Source: Myxococcota bacterium
GTDB taxonomy: Bacteria; Myxococcota_A; SURF-8; G963663525
Assembly (NCBI GenBank): GCA_963676915.2
Contig: CAXXVK010000072.1
Location: 96,001 to 160,000 of the forward strand
DNA: 64,000 nt
Direction of reading: 5' to 3'
In this document: piece by piece, positions 52,749 to 63,273 of the stretch
Layout of the letters: each line of letters begins with the position of its first letter
How positions within the stretch are numbered: position 1 is the first letter of the stretch
Made by a program: the position numbers and the translations under genes
Notes under the pieces: model-generated
The model's database searches: none
What the model was told of the DNA's origin: nothing
Seen by the model: only the letters and a program-made list of their open reading frames with translations

Positions 52749-55157
52749 ATGGCCCGAGTCGATCTTCATTGTCATTCCATTTATTCCGACTACCCCGCCT
52801 ACTGGATTATGCGACGCTTTGGATCGGGAGAATCCTATACCGAGCCCGAAGACCTGTACTGGACTCAGAAACGCCGGGGTATGGACTTCGTGACCGTCAC
52901 CGACCACGACCGCATCGAAGGCGCGGTGGAATTGGCCGAAAAATACGATGATGCCTTCATAAGTACCGAAATCAGCACGGGATTTCCCGAAGATGGTGTG
53001 AAAGTCCATATTCTCGCCCTCGGCATCACCGAGGAGCAGTTTAGGGAAATTCGACTCGTGCAGCCCGATATTTACGAGTTGCAGCAGTTGTTACGCGAAC
53101 AGAACATCGTCCATGTTGCGGCGCATCCTGTTTTCGATATGACCGGCGTCATGAAGCCGGACCACATCGAAAAACTGATCCTGATGTTCGAAAACATCGA
53201 GGTTCACAACGGGGCGTTGGTCAAACAGGCCAACATGCAGATTCGTGAAATTCTCAATACCCTGACGCCGCAGCTGATCGAGCAGTGGTCCAAAAAACAC
53301 AAAATCGAACCCGTTGGGAAACAGCCCTGGTTGAAGGCGTTTACCGGAGGTTCCGACGACCACAGCGGTTACAAACTCGCCAAAGCCTGGACCCGCGTCA
53401 ATGGTGCGAAAACCTGGCAGGAGTTTTTGCAAGGGATCGTCAACCGGGAAAGCGACGGCGAAGGGCAGCACGAAGACGCTCTGGCTTTTGCACACGGCGC
53501 TCACTCGATTCTGGCCAAGTGGTACCATCGGAAATTCCTGTCCGATACACCGGTCGAACACCGGCCTGTGAAGATGATCGAACGGGTCTTCGGTCCGGTG
53601 GCGATGGAATCCGGTTTTCCGGCATTGTACCGGGTCGGTTTGTCGCATAAAAGCGACTCATGGAATCCCTCACCGGAAGTCAAAGGCGACGATACCGACC
53701 TTTGGAGCTTCGTGAAGCTTCTGACCCAGGACTGGAACAACGACGATCTGTTGCTCGACCGCCAACCCAGCCGCAAACTTCAGGATGAAACCTTCGCTTT
53801 TGCCAGTTCGATGTTCAACCGGATGATCAAAAGCAGCGGTGAAAATTTCATGGAGCACATGCGCAACGGACGAGTGGTTCAGGCGCTGGAGGCTCTTGCT
53901 CCGCTGATGCCGGCTCTGATGTCCTTGTATCCATACTGGAGCGGTTTCAGTCACGTATATCGCAACGTGAATTTCCGCCGCAGCGTGTCCAGTCACTTCA
54001 GTCTCAGCGCAACCGTCAATCTTCCCCCGAACTGGGGATGGTTCACCGACACGCTGCTGGATGTCAACGGCGTGGCGCGTACGATTCAGACCATCAGCCG
54101 GATGGCCAAGCAGTTCGATACGCCGATCAATGTCATCACGTCCAGTCCGACCGTGCCGAATTTCGAAGGCGATATGACCAATTTCAAGCCGGTGTTCAAT
54201 TTCAAACTGCCGGAATACGAAATGATGTCGCTGTCTCTGCCGCCGTTTTTGGATGTCCTCGGGCATTGCGAGCGCCGACAGTTCACCCGGCTGATCATTT
54301 CGACGCCGGGACCGGTCGGTGTGGCCGCGTTGATGGTTGCCCGCGTGTTGAGTCTGCCCACGGCGGGAATTTACCATACGGATCTTCCCAACTACGTGAA
54401 AATCCTGACCGGTGACAAGTCCCTGCTGAAGCTCACCTGGTCTTACGTCAAATGGTTCTATGGTCAGCTCGATACCGTATACGTGCTTTCCGAATACTAC
54501 CGGGACATGCTTCGCGAACACGGTCTAAAACATCCCGACATTCGGATTTTTCCGAAAGGGATCAAGTTGGAGGATTTTTCACCCGAATTCCGTACCAACG
54601 AGATCTGGGAGGATTACGAACTCAACGGGAAAACCAAAATTCTCTACGTCGGGCGGATTTCCAAGGAAAAAGATCTGGATGTCCTGCGCGATGCCTACCG
54701 CATGGTGAAGAAGTCGAACCCCAACATTACGTTGATTTTGGTGGGCGATGGTCCTTATCAAGAGGAACTTCAAGAGCAGTTCAAGGACGAAGATGTTGTG
54801 TTTACAGGATTTTTGGAGGGTGAGGTTCTAAGCCGAGCCTTTGCCTCGTCGGATATCTTCGCATTTCCCAGCACGACGGATACCTACGGTACCGTGTTGC
54901 TCGAAGCCCAGGCCAGTGGATTGCCCACTATCGTCAGTGACATCGGTGGTCCCAAGGAAGTGATCATCGATGGTGAAACCGGGATCGTGACACGCGGCAA
55001 AGATGCCAAGGATTTTGCTCGCGGTCTGGCGAAACTGGTGGAAGATGACAAACTGAGAAAGAAAATGGGGCAGGCGGGATACAAGCACGTTCAGTCCAAA
55101 AGCTGGGAATCTGCATTCTGGCGTTTTTGGAACGATATGCCGGATACCCAGAATTGA
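52749..55157 (+). CDS. PHP-domain / GT4 glycosyltransferase fusion
   Basis: VDLHCHS, VTDHD, AHP, GGSDDH (PHP); FTDTLLDVNGVART, YHTD, YVGRISKEK, FPSTTDTYG..LEAQASG (GT4). Confidence 0.92.
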   Translation: MARVDLHCHSIYSDYPAYWIMRRFGSGESYTEPEDLYWTQKRRGMDFVTVTDHDRIEGAVELAEKYDDAFISTEISTGFPEDGVKVHILALGITEEQFREIRLVQPDIYELQQLLREQNIVHVAAHPVFDMTGVMKPDHIEKLILMFENIEVHNGALVKQANMQIREILNTLTPQLIEQWSKKHKIEPVGKQPWLKAFTGGSDDHSGYKLAKAWTRVNGAKTWQEFLQGIVNRESDGEGQHEDALAFAHGAHSILAKWYHRKFLSDTPVEHRPVKMIERVFGPVAMESGFPALYRVGLSHKSDSWNPSPEVKGDDTDLWSFVKLLTQDWNNDDLLLDRQPSRKLQDETFAFASSMFNRMIKSSGENFMEHMRNGRVVQALEALAPLMPALMSLYPYWSGFSHVYRNVNFRRSVSSHFSLSATVNLPPNWGWFTDTLLDVNGVARTIQTISRMAKQFDTPINVITSSPTVPNFEGDMTNFKPVFNFKLPEYEMMSLSLPPFLDVLGHCERRQFTRLIISTPGPVGVAALMVARVLSLPTAGIYHTDLPNYVKILTGDKSLLKLTWSYVKWFYGQLDTVYVLSEYYRDMLREHGLKHPDIRIFPKGIKLEDFSPEFRTNEIWEDYELNGKTKILYVGRISKEKDLDVLRDAYRMVKKSNPNITLILVGDGPYQEELQEQFKDEDVVFTGFLEGEVLSRAFASSDIFAFPSTTDTYGTVLLEAQASGLPTIVSDIGGPKEVIIDGETGIVTRGKDAKDFARGLAKLVEDDKLRKKMGQAGYKHVQSKSWESAFWRFWNDMPDTQN

Positions 55158-55342
55158 CGTTCGTCCTTTTCGGAATTTCATGCCGTTGTATGAAAAACCG
55201 CACGTTTTCCGTCCAATGTATTGGTGTGTTTGCTTTAGAACGTAGCGATTCGGCTTGTACGAAGCGTTGACGTTTTGTAGCAAAACAGGTATGCTTACGG
55301 GCATCGGACGCAGTTCTGTCAGCCACACGCATGGAGGCAACC

Positions 55343-56293
55343 ATGGGCATTCGAATAGGGAAAATCTGGATTTCATTTCTACTCATCGCCACAATGGCGG
55401 CGTTACCTTTCCTCCATTGTGGAGAAGAAGACACGACCGATACTGGAAATGCAGATGAAGATCAAAGTTCCGAGTCGCCCAATCAAGGGGACAGGGATGT
55501 GACTGATCGTATCCAAAATGATTTCGATGTGCCCGATATTGTCGAGGAACAGCCGGTTTCGTCCGATCCCGTTGCGCTCTGGACTTTCGACGAATCCACG
55601 GGAGAATTTGCCAACAGCGGTACTTGTGACGCTCCCGGAACGGCTGTCGGCAACGCTCGAATGGGTGAGGACGGCAAAGTGGCTTATGCCGTGGAATTGG
55701 AAGGTGTCGAACAGTACATCACTATGTCCGATGAAGATTGCCTGAAGGTGGAAGACGGCGATTTTTCCTATGCTTTGTGGTTCAAACCGATTGAAAACCA
55801 GGATTTTCACGGAATTTACACCAATTCTCAATCTCTTCAGACCGAAGATGCCGTGGTTGGTTTCATTGTCATCAACGGTGTGGTCAACTTCTCCGTTAAG
55901 GAAGCGGGATCGAGTGCGGAAATGCATGTTTGTACCGGTCAGAACTCTTTGGCTGAAAACCAGTGGAATCATCTCGCCGTAACGCGAAAAAATGGCAACT
56001 TGACCATTTACATCGATGGCAGTCCCGAGGAACCTTCCGAGGTTCCCACCGATGGGGACGAGGATGACGAGGAAACGACGAATCAGCGCCGTGACGAAGA
56101 TGTTTTCGATGGACCGACTTGTACCGATTTTGCGGGAGATTTCACAAACGACAGCAACGATTACCAGATCGGGAATTTTTCGATCGGAACGGATCAAGTC
56201 GGTTTCGAAGGTATGATCGATGATTTCCACGTGTTCGATTACGCACTGACCAGCGATCAGATTCTCGAAGTAATGGCGCGCTCGAACCTGTAA
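55343..56293 (+). CDS. LamG-like jellyroll domain lipoprotein
   Basis: Lipobox FLHC; ALWTFDE, DFSYALWFK, QWNHLAVT, IYIDG, FEGMIDD...ALT. Confidence 0.88.
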   Translation: MGIRIGKIWISFLLIATMAALPFLHCGEEDTTDTGNADEDQSSESPNQGDRDVTDRIQNDFDVPDIVEEQPVSSDPVALWTFDESTGEFANSGTCDAPGTAVGNARMGEDGKVAYAVELEGVEQYITMSDEDCLKVEDGDFSYALWFKPIENQDFHGIYTNSQSLQTEDAVVGFIVINGVVNFSVKEAGSSAEMHVCTGQNSLAENQWNHLAVTRKNGNLTIYIDGSPEEPSEVPTDGDEDDEETTNQRRDEDVFDGPTCTDFAGDFTNDSNDYQIGNFSIGTDQVGFEGMIDDFHVFDYALTSDQILEVMARSNL

Positions 56294-56318
56294 CTATTTC
56301 AAGCGGTTAAAACTTTAT

Positions 56319-56346
56319 TGCCGCCCCTCTTTCGGGCGGCATTTTT
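56319..56346 (+). terminator. Probable terminator after the LamG gene
   Basis: TGCCGCCC-loop-GGGCGGCA followed by TTTTT. Confidence 0.6.
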
Positions 56347-56359
56347 CGTAGAGGTGAAC

Positions 56360-57049
56360 GTGCACAAACCTTGGATTCAAGCGGTTTTCTTCGATATGGA
56401 CGGAACTCTAGTAGATTCCGAATCCGCCGCGACGGAGGCGACGAGGCTGGCGGTTGCGGATTTCGGAGAAACGCTATCCAAGGAAGATGAAAGGGCGGTG
56501 ATCGGCCTGCCATGGCAGAGCATTTTGGACCGCTGTATCCTCAATTATAGCCTGCCGGTGACTCCTGAAATGCTAATGGAGAAGATCAAGCGCCACAAAT
56601 GGGATCTTCTCGAAGGTGCGACGAAGGTTTTACCGGGAGCGGTCGAAGCCTTGCGTTTGTGTGCCGAGCGTTTTCCCGTGGCGATTGTAAGTGGCAGCTA
56701 CCGGGAGGAAATCGAGCAGGTCATTGAATTGTTGGAGATTCACGACGAAGTGCGGTTCATTGTCGGGGCTGAGGACGTGATCCCTGGAAAGCCCTTTCCA
56801 GGGCCGTATATCAAAGCCGCCGGTTTGGTTCAGGTTCCGGAAAAACACTGCCTGGTGTTCGAAGATTCCGCCATGGGAACCCAGGCGGCTCGCCGTGCCG
56901 GGATGTATACCGTTGCCGTCGAGGCGGCTCAATACGATGAAATGGACCTGTCATCAGCGCATGAGATTCTTGCCACGTTGGAAAGCGTGACTCCGGCATG
57001 GCTCGAAGATGTATCCGAACGAGCACGGGCGATATTTCCATCTGCCTGA
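56360..57049 (+). CDS. HAD family phosphatase (beta-PGM/CbbY-like)
   Basis: FDMDGTLVDSE, GKPFPGPY, VFEDS..G..AA..AGM. Confidence 0.92.
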   Translation: MHKPWIQAVFFDMDGTLVDSESAATEATRLAVADFGETLSKEDERAVIGLPWQSILDRCILNYSLPVTPEMLMEKIKRHKWDLLEGATKVLPGAVEALRLCAERFPVAIVSGSYREEIEQVIELLEIHDEVRFIVGAEDVIPGKPFPGPYIKAAGLVQVPEKHCLVFEDSAMGTQAARRAGMYTVAVEAAQYDEMDLSSAHEILATLESVTPAWLEDVSERARAIFPSA

Positions 57050-57067
57050 AATATCGGGGAAGCCTGA

Positions 57068-59557
57068 TTATTCCTTGGGATTGATTTCCTGGAGGCTCAA
57101 TCCCGCCACGTAGGCGTACGATACGTAGCTGGAATACCCGTAGACGTACAAACCCACCGGCATGTCCGATACGATCCGGTGTACCCCGTCGGTCATCAGT
57201 CGTTGATGGACGTTGAAATCCGACGAAGCGATATCCCACTGATCTTCGGTGATGGCTTCCCCGTCCAATGTTACCTGAGCACCGATGGGAGCGACCAACG
57301 TAATGTAATCCAACGCGTAATAGGGGGGAACCAGGAAGGTGTAATCTTTGCGGAATTGTTCGTCGGGAGCAAGCAACATGAACGCCGGGTCGCCTGCTTC
57401 GTCGCTGGTGCTCAGACCGGTGGCGTTCTGACTGGCCAGGAATTGACCGACCTGAATCGGCTTGTCCGCAGAAATTCGGAAGTGCTCTTCACGACTCATG
57501 AATTCACGCAAATCCCCTTCGTTCAACGTGAAGGATGTATGGCCGGAAACGCCTGTCGTAACCTGCGTGTTGTCTTCCGAGGCGATGATGCGATAGAACG
57601 CACCTTCTGGATGAGAAGTGTTACGGGCGAAGGGACGAATGGCGAGGTATTCCTTGCCCCAGGTGGTCAGCGGAAGGAGTTGGTGCTCGATGTGATCGCA
57701 GGCCCATGTGTCTTCGGGGACGAAAACGCAAGCATGGGTTCCGAAAGCCGCAACTTCCTGATCGGCGGTGACGAATGCGCCGGTGAGGTCGTAATCGTAA
57801 ATAGCGGTTCGGATGTTGTCGTCGGTGATGGTGCTGCTTGTTTTGTTGGCCGTCGCAAGGTTGAGCACTTCATATTGTTGGAGCTGATAAGTACGAGTCT
57901 GGCCTGCGCTCATCGCGGATAACCCCGTTCCCGAGCGTGTAGGTACCGGGACGGTTACCGTCACGTTGGTAGTGCCCTCGTACGTGCCGACAATGACGAA
58001 ACCCGAAGGGAGCTGACCGGAAATTTGCGGTTCGAACCAGTCGAAAAGATCGCCCTCCCTCTGGATGCGCAAGTGTGGCAGCGTCAGATTGAAATACTCT
58101 TTTCCGAGATTGCCGGAAGGCAGCAGCAACGTGGCGTCGTTGGAGTGAATCTCCTGCCCGTTGTCGAATGGATTCATTTGCACGACAGAAACGGGAATGT
58201 CGCTAGTGAGCCGGTACGCGTTCAGGCTTTTGGAAGCGACACTCAGCAGAAGGGAATTTCCCAGCAGAAACGAGGATAAACCACCCGGTTCGATGCTCCC
58301 CGAAGCGACAACCGTACTGCTCGACCCGGAAGGTTTGCGGATTTCGATATTCGCCGTCATGGTGGGGTGTGGATTGTATACCGCAACGCCGAATTGCGAA
58401 CTTGGATTGGACGAACGGCTGTCGTTGTAAAGATCAACCGGCCAGTATTCGCAGCCGATATAACTTCGGTCATAGGCGGCGATCTGGCAGGCGTCCATGC
58501 ATTCCCCGCCTCGGCAACTCGTACCTTCAGGGCATTCGAATAAATCCACCCATTCCGTACCGTTTTCGGCGCAATAGGTGACCGTTTGTTCGTCACTTGG
58601 GTTGCAACTGGTTTCGTCGGTTTCGCAGATACGGGGGAAGCAACCGTATTGAGAGCAGACGAGATCCTGGCTGCCGCAGTCCATCACTTCATCGAAGGCC
58701 GTACCTAAGTAATTGCAGAATTTGAGGATTTCGTCGGTGCAGTCGTATTCACCCGGCTCGCAGATTTGCGGATGGCAGTCGTCGAGATAGCAGACTTCAT
58801 CGCCCTGGCAGTTTCGTTGTACGTAACCTGTGCCGAATTCGTCGCAAACGATGAGAGTCAATGTATCCATGCATTCTACCGGGGAATCCGGTTCGCAGGT
58901 GATGGCCTGACAGCCTTGTTCGGGGATGCACTCGAATCCATCCTCGCAAACGCCGCTTTCCCAACCCGTTCCAAGCATGTTGCATTGGGTGTAGGTAAAG
59001 CGGTCTTCGCAGTCACCGAAAGTGTCGGGTTGGCATTGCATGGGGATGCAGGCGTCCACGAGGCAGATTTCATCGGTGGGGCAGGCCGAGGAATCCCAAC
59101 CGTTTCCGTCAGAACGACAGACTGCAATTGTGGTGTCGTCATAACACACGGTTTCACCTGCTTCACAGGAAGGAGGGAGACTGTTTTCGGGCTCTTCATC
59201 CATCGTTTCGATACTTTCGGGAGAATCCGTGTCCGTGTCGGTTCCGGTTTCGAGATCTGTATCCCCCGGAATTGTCATGTATGTATTTACGCAGGCTCCG
59301 TTGAAACAATTGTAGCCGTTAGGACAGGGGTTGGAATCGGAGCACAATAGCCCGATACATACACCGTACACGCAAAAACTTCCATCCGCACAAGGGGAAC
59401 TGGCAGAGCATTCGTCCTGAAATTCGGCTGTACCGGTCACATTGGAGCTATCTCCGCAGCCAATGAACCCAGTGAATGAAAGCACCAACAATACGCCGAG
59501 TGTGGCACGAAAAACGGAAATTCGCATCATGGCAAAACCTGCTTGCATGAAAAACAT
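57068..59557 (-). CDS. Lipoprotein with Cys-rich repeats and IgGFc-binding-protein N-terminal-like domain
   Basis: Lipobox FIGC; repeated C..(L/F)GT.(W/Y/F)...C units; SYIGCEYWPVDL, SNDATLLLP, CDHIEHQLLP..WG, GDP, YAYVAG. Confidence 0.85.
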   Translation of the reverse strand: MFFMQAGFAMMRISVFRATLGVLLVLSFTGFIGCGDSSNVTGTAEFQDECSASSPCADGSFCVYGVCIGLLCSDSNPCPNGYNCFNGACVNTYMTIPGDTDLETGTDTDTDSPESIETMDEEPENSLPPSCEAGETVCYDDTTIAVCRSDGNGWDSSACPTDEICLVDACIPMQCQPDTFGDCEDRFTYTQCNMLGTGWESGVCEDGFECIPEQGCQAITCEPDSPVECMDTLTLIVCDEFGTGYVQRNCQGDEVCYLDDCHPQICEPGEYDCTDEILKFCNYLGTAFDEVMDCGSQDLVCSQYGCFPRICETDETSCNPSDEQTVTYCAENGTEWVDLFECPEGTSCRGGECMDACQIAAYDRSYIGCEYWPVDLYNDSRSSNPSSQFGVAVYNPHPTMTANIEIRKPSGSSSTVVASGSIEPGGLSSFLLGNSLLLSVASKSLNAYRLTSDIPVSVVQMNPFDNGQEIHSNDATLLLPSGNLGKEYFNLTLPHLRIQREGDLFDWFEPQISGQLPSGFVIVGTYEGTTNVTVTVPVPTRSGTGLSAMSAGQTRTYQLQQYEVLNLATANKTSSTITDDNIRTAIYDYDLTGAFVTADQEVAAFGTHACVFVPEDTWACDHIEHQLLPLTTWGKEYLAIRPFARNTSHPEGAFYRIIASEDNTQVTTGVSGHTSFTLNEGDLREFMSREEHFRISADKPIQVGQFLASQNATGLSTSDEAGDPAFMLLAPDEQFRKDYTFLVPPYYALDYITLVAPIGAQVTLDGEAITEDQWDIASSDFNVHQRLMTDGVHRIVSDMPVGLYVYGYSSYVSYAYVAGLSLQEINPKE

Positions 59558-59678
59558 TCGTCCCTAACCATACTTTATTATTGGACGAACGACAAGTTCC
59601 CGGCTATTGAGTTTTGCCGATGTTTGTTCAATGATATGAGGATGTATCACACAATCGGTTTTATAGAGCCACGAAAGC

Positions 59679-60722
59679 CTACATAAACCACCCCAAAACC
59701 TTGATAATTCCTTGTTTGACTCCTCGCCTGTGATGGGATCGGGTGGCGTTTTCCTGGAGGACGTCCGTTCTGTTTTCGAGGTACCAGTCGTAGGATTGCT
59801 TGAACATCTCGATGTTTCCATATCGGGGACGATATCCCAGTTCCTCTTTTGGGCGTGTCACGTCAAAATACATCGAGCGACCATACATCAGGTGGTGGTA
59901 TGGTCCGAGGGGAGATAGCCCGATTGCCGATGTAAGCTTCATGGCCCATACGGTGGGTTCCATAGGTAGGGAAATCACCCGGCTTCCGGTTCCCGCATGC
60001 TTTGTTAGCGCTTCGAGGGTTTCTCGAATAGAACAAAACTCCTCTGCTCCGATATTGTATACCGATGCTCCTCGCCGTTCTCCTGCCGCAATTACGGCAT
60101 CGGCCAGATCGTCGGCGTGGACGAACTGGTAGAGATTATCGCCCGATCCCAAAACCGGGATGTTTTTTCCCTGACGAATCCATTCGAACAAAATTTGCAT
60201 GATACCCAGCCGCCCGTGTCCCATGATGGTTCTCGGACGCACGATGGTAACGTCAAGTCCTTGATCGATGTACGTTTTGCAGACATCTTCCGCCGCGAAC
60301 TTGGCTCGGCCATAATCCTCCATGGGATTTGGGGGCACGCTATCGTCCACGGGATTTTTCGACGGAACGCCAAAAATAGCAGAGGATGACATGTGCACGA
60401 CTTTTTCGACTCCGTTTTCCAGACAGGCTTTCATCAGATTTTCGGTGCCGTCGTAGTTGACGCTCCAAAATGCCTCTTTGTCTTTTGCCAAAGGTACGAG
60501 AGCGACATTGTGATGTACCACCGATATTCCCTCACAAGCCTTTCGGACGGCTTCGAGATTTCGAATATCCCCCTGAACGAATTCGACATCGCCGGGGCGG
60601 TCATCGGCGTCGTTGAGGTCGAAGACTCTTACCTGGTGACCCGCTGCTCGGATTTTTTTCAGAAGCGCCGATCCGAAATAGCCGGAACCGCCTGTAATCA
60701 GATGTATTTTTTTTGTCGTCAT
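59679..60722 (-). CDS. NAD-dependent epimerase/dehydratase (extended SDR, 3-beta-HSD-like)
   Basis: TGGSGYFG, HMSSS, YGRAK. Confidence 0.9.
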   Translation of the reverse strand: MTTKKIHLITGGSGYFGSALLKKIRAAGHQVRVFDLNDADDRPGDVEFVQGDIRNLEAVRKACEGISVVHHNVALVPLAKDKEAFWSVNYDGTENLMKACLENGVEKVVHMSSSAIFGVPSKNPVDDSVPPNPMEDYGRAKFAAEDVCKTYIDQGLDVTIVRPRTIMGHGRLGIMQILFEWIRQGKNIPVLGSGDNLYQFVHADDLADAVIAAGERRGASVYNIGAEEFCSIRETLEALTKHAGTGSRVISLPMEPTVWAMKLTSAIGLSPLGPYHHLMYGRSMYFDVTRPKEELGYRPRYGNIEMFKQSYDWYLENRTDVLQENATRSHHRRGVKQGIIKVLGWFM

Positions 60723-60742
60723 GGTTGTTGCGAGCCTTTGGT

Positions 60743-61801
60743 TTAGATCTCGATTCCCTGGTCTAAAATCCATGCGATACTGCGGCGCATTCCTTCTTCG
60801 AGTGAAATCTTCGGATCGTATCCCAGAACACGTTGTGCTTTTTCAATAGAACAGGCAATTGTTTTGTTCATTTCACCCAGAACATGAATTTTCTGATGGT
60901 AGATTCCCACCGATTGCAGCATTTTGTCGCAAAGTTGAGCGAAATCACCGGAAAAACCGGGCAATTTCATTCTCTTGTGGGCCACTTCAATGTTGAAATC
61001 GTTTTCCAAGACCCTCTCGACGGTGTCGAGGATGGTATTCATGGAATACGGCTCTGCGTCGGCGATCCAGAAGATTTCACCGTTTGCGGCTTTTTCTTTT
61101 TCGCAAAGTCTCATTCCCTGGCAGATGTTGTCCGTATAGGCCATCGAACGCTGATTTTCGCCGTTCCCTAAAATCGGTCCCATACCCTTTTTGATCATGC
61201 TGAAAAACAATGTCTGCCGAGGTGGTTGGTCAGGTCCGTAAAACCATGGGGGACGAATCACGCTGACCTCGAATTTGCCCGCTTCATGAGCTTTCAAAAC
61301 GGCTTGTTCGGCCAGCATTTTGCTCTTTCCGTAGCCCATGTAGGGGTTGTACGGGCTGGATTCGTCGAAGCGATGATCGGCCGATGGATTTACACCGATT
61401 GGGGAATTGGAGGAAACATGCACCATTCGTCGGATATTCGCCGTTGCAGCGGCTTCGATAAGGTTTTGTGTGCCTTGTACGTTTGTTTCGTAAAACTCTT
61501 TCACCCCTTTGGTGGGGTGGATCACGGCGGCGGTGTGAAAAAGCGTAGCTCCTTCCGCTCCATTGAAAAATGCCTTCATACTTTCCGGTTGGGTGATATC
61601 ACCTTCGAAAATTTCGATGGAACCGGAAATCTTTTTCAGTTTCGAAGCGCCTTCGCCTGTTCTGACGAGGCAGCGGATCGGGCGGTCGGGATTGGGAGCT
61701 TCGAAGCGTGCGACTCCGGGAAGACCTTCTGCCAGCGTACGAGTAAATCGAGTACCTAACCATCCCGTTGCACCCGTAATCAGGGCTATCGGTTTCGTCA
61801 T
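60743..61801 (-). CDS. NAD-dependent epimerase/dehydratase (extended SDR)
   Basis: TGATGWLG, HVSSNS, YGKSK, RPPWFYGP; ATGA-coupled to the GMC gene. Confidence 0.9.
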   Translation of the reverse strand: MTKPIALITGATGWLGTRFTRTLAEGLPGVARFEAPNPDRPIRCLVRTGEGASKLKKISGSIEIFEGDITQPESMKAFFNGAEGATLFHTAAVIHPTKGVKEFYETNVQGTQNLIEAAATANIRRMVHVSSNSPIGVNPSADHRFDESSPYNPYMGYGKSKMLAEQAVLKAHEAGKFEVSVIRPPWFYGPDQPPRQTLFFSMIKKGMGPILGNGENQRSMAYTDNICQGMRLCEKEKAANGEIFWIADAEPYSMNTILDTVERVLENDFNIEVAHKRMKLPGFSGDFAQLCDKMLQSVGIYHQKIHVLGEMNKTIACSIEKAQRVLGYDPKISLEEGMRRSIAWILDQGIEI

Positions 61802-63273
61802 GAGGATTCCTTTACGAAATGAAGGGCGTTTCTGCGGGCAAAGCCCATGATAGAGCCTTGTGGATTGACGCCTGGAGAGTCGGGTAACATGCTTGCATCG
61901 TTGATACGGAGGTTTTCGAAATGTCGGACCCGGCCAAACGAATCCACGGCGCAACGGTCCTGTCTCTCTCCCATGGGACAGGCGCAGAAACCGTGTACGG
62001 TGGTTAAACTGACGGCTTTTTTAGGCAACGTCCGATCCAGCCAGCCGACGGCTTCCAGCTCTGTTGTTATCGGCTTTTGTCCATGGACTGTCGGATACAG
62101 TTCCGTCGCACCTGCCGCAAGCAACAGCATACACAGTCGTGCAAATCCCTGACTGAGATACCACATATCTCTATGGGACAATTCATAGCGAATATGTGTG
62201 CTTCGGTCCGTTGTCAACGAGGCATGAACGGAACCTTTGCCGGACCCTCGAACCGCGACATAATACGTGGCCATGGAACGGTAGTGTTCCATGATCCGCT
62301 GGTAGTCCAGTCCGTTTTCGCTGAGATTCAAGGCCAGGTGTCCTGGAGAGAAATAAGCCCCCCCCAAAGAGATTTCCGGCCAGAATTCCTTGATCTGAAC
62401 CAACGGAAGCACTGTTTCGTGGCTGTTTACCGGCTCGTTGAATCGTGCCGAAACTTTGAGCATGGGATGGAGGTTGAACGAAGCACCTACGTGGTAGCGA
62501 ATACCGCTACGTCTCAACAAGGCTGGGGTTTCAGTGGGACCGCAACAGACGAAAACATGTTCGGCGTCGATTCGGACGAGTTCTTCCGAACCGTCGGATC
62601 TTGTCAACCCGGCAAGAACCCCAACCGCACGACGGCCACTTCGGAGGATCATTTTTACACGACAATTCGTGATAACCGTTACTCCCATAGCCTCGGCTTT
62701 CGGAAGCAGTGTTCGGCTCATGCTTCGTTTGGCGTCCGTCGGACATCCGCTGGCACATCGATTTTTTCCGCTACAGGACGAAGCCATACGCGGAACTTCC
62801 ACGGCCGACCATCCCATTGCTTCCACACCTTCTTTGAACAGACGGGTGCTTGGGGGTAGATCGCCCCTATAATATTCAATAGTTACCTGATTTTCAGCCC
62901 AGCCGAAATACGGTTCCATTTCTTCAGGAGAGGCGTATTGAAGATCGTACCGAGCTTTCCAGCGCAACAGGATTTCGTTGGGGGTTCGGTGCCAGAATCC
63001 GGAGTTGATTTCGGAACTTCCACCATAGCAACGACCTTCTACGTAGCCGATCGGTGTTTTACCCACAATCGGCGTCATTCCTCGATTTCGATACAGCCTT
63101 CGCATTCCCTGTGTTGCGGAGTCGCCGTAATCGGATCGATCCCATTTGGCTCCTTCTTCCAGTAGAAGCACATCCATTCCGTTTTCGGCGCAGGTCATGG
63201 CCGTTACCGCGCCTCCCGGTCCGCTTCCTATGACAAGAACCTGAATTTTCTTTTTTTTCTCGAATGAGGTCAT
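61798..63273 (-). CDS. GMC family FAD-dependent oxidoreductase
   Basis: VIGSGPGG, GGSSEINSG, C...C..GCP..AK, TPALLRRSG, H...ACPMG, DASMLP..PGVNPQ. Confidence 0.92.
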   Translation of the reverse strand: MTSFEKKKKIQVLVIGSGPGGAVTAMTCAENGMDVLLLEEGAKWDRSDYGDSATQGMRRLYRNRGMTPIVGKTPIGYVEGRCYGGSSEINSGFWHRTPNEILLRWKARYDLQYASPEEMEPYFGWAENQVTIEYYRGDLPPSTRLFKEGVEAMGWSAVEVPRMASSCSGKNRCASGCPTDAKRSMSRTLLPKAEAMGVTVITNCRVKMILRSGRRAVGVLAGLTRSDGSEELVRIDAEHVFVCCGPTETPALLRRSGIRYHVGASFNLHPMLKVSARFNEPVNSHETVLPLVQIKEFWPEISLGGAYFSPGHLALNLSENGLDYQRIMEHYRSMATYYVAVRGSGKGSVHASLTTDRSTHIRYELSHRDMWYLSQGFARLCMLLLAAGATELYPTVHGQKPITTELEAVGWLDRTLPKKAVSLTTVHGFCACPMGERQDRCAVDSFGRVRHFENLRINDASMLPDSPGVNPQGSIMGFARRNALHFVKESS

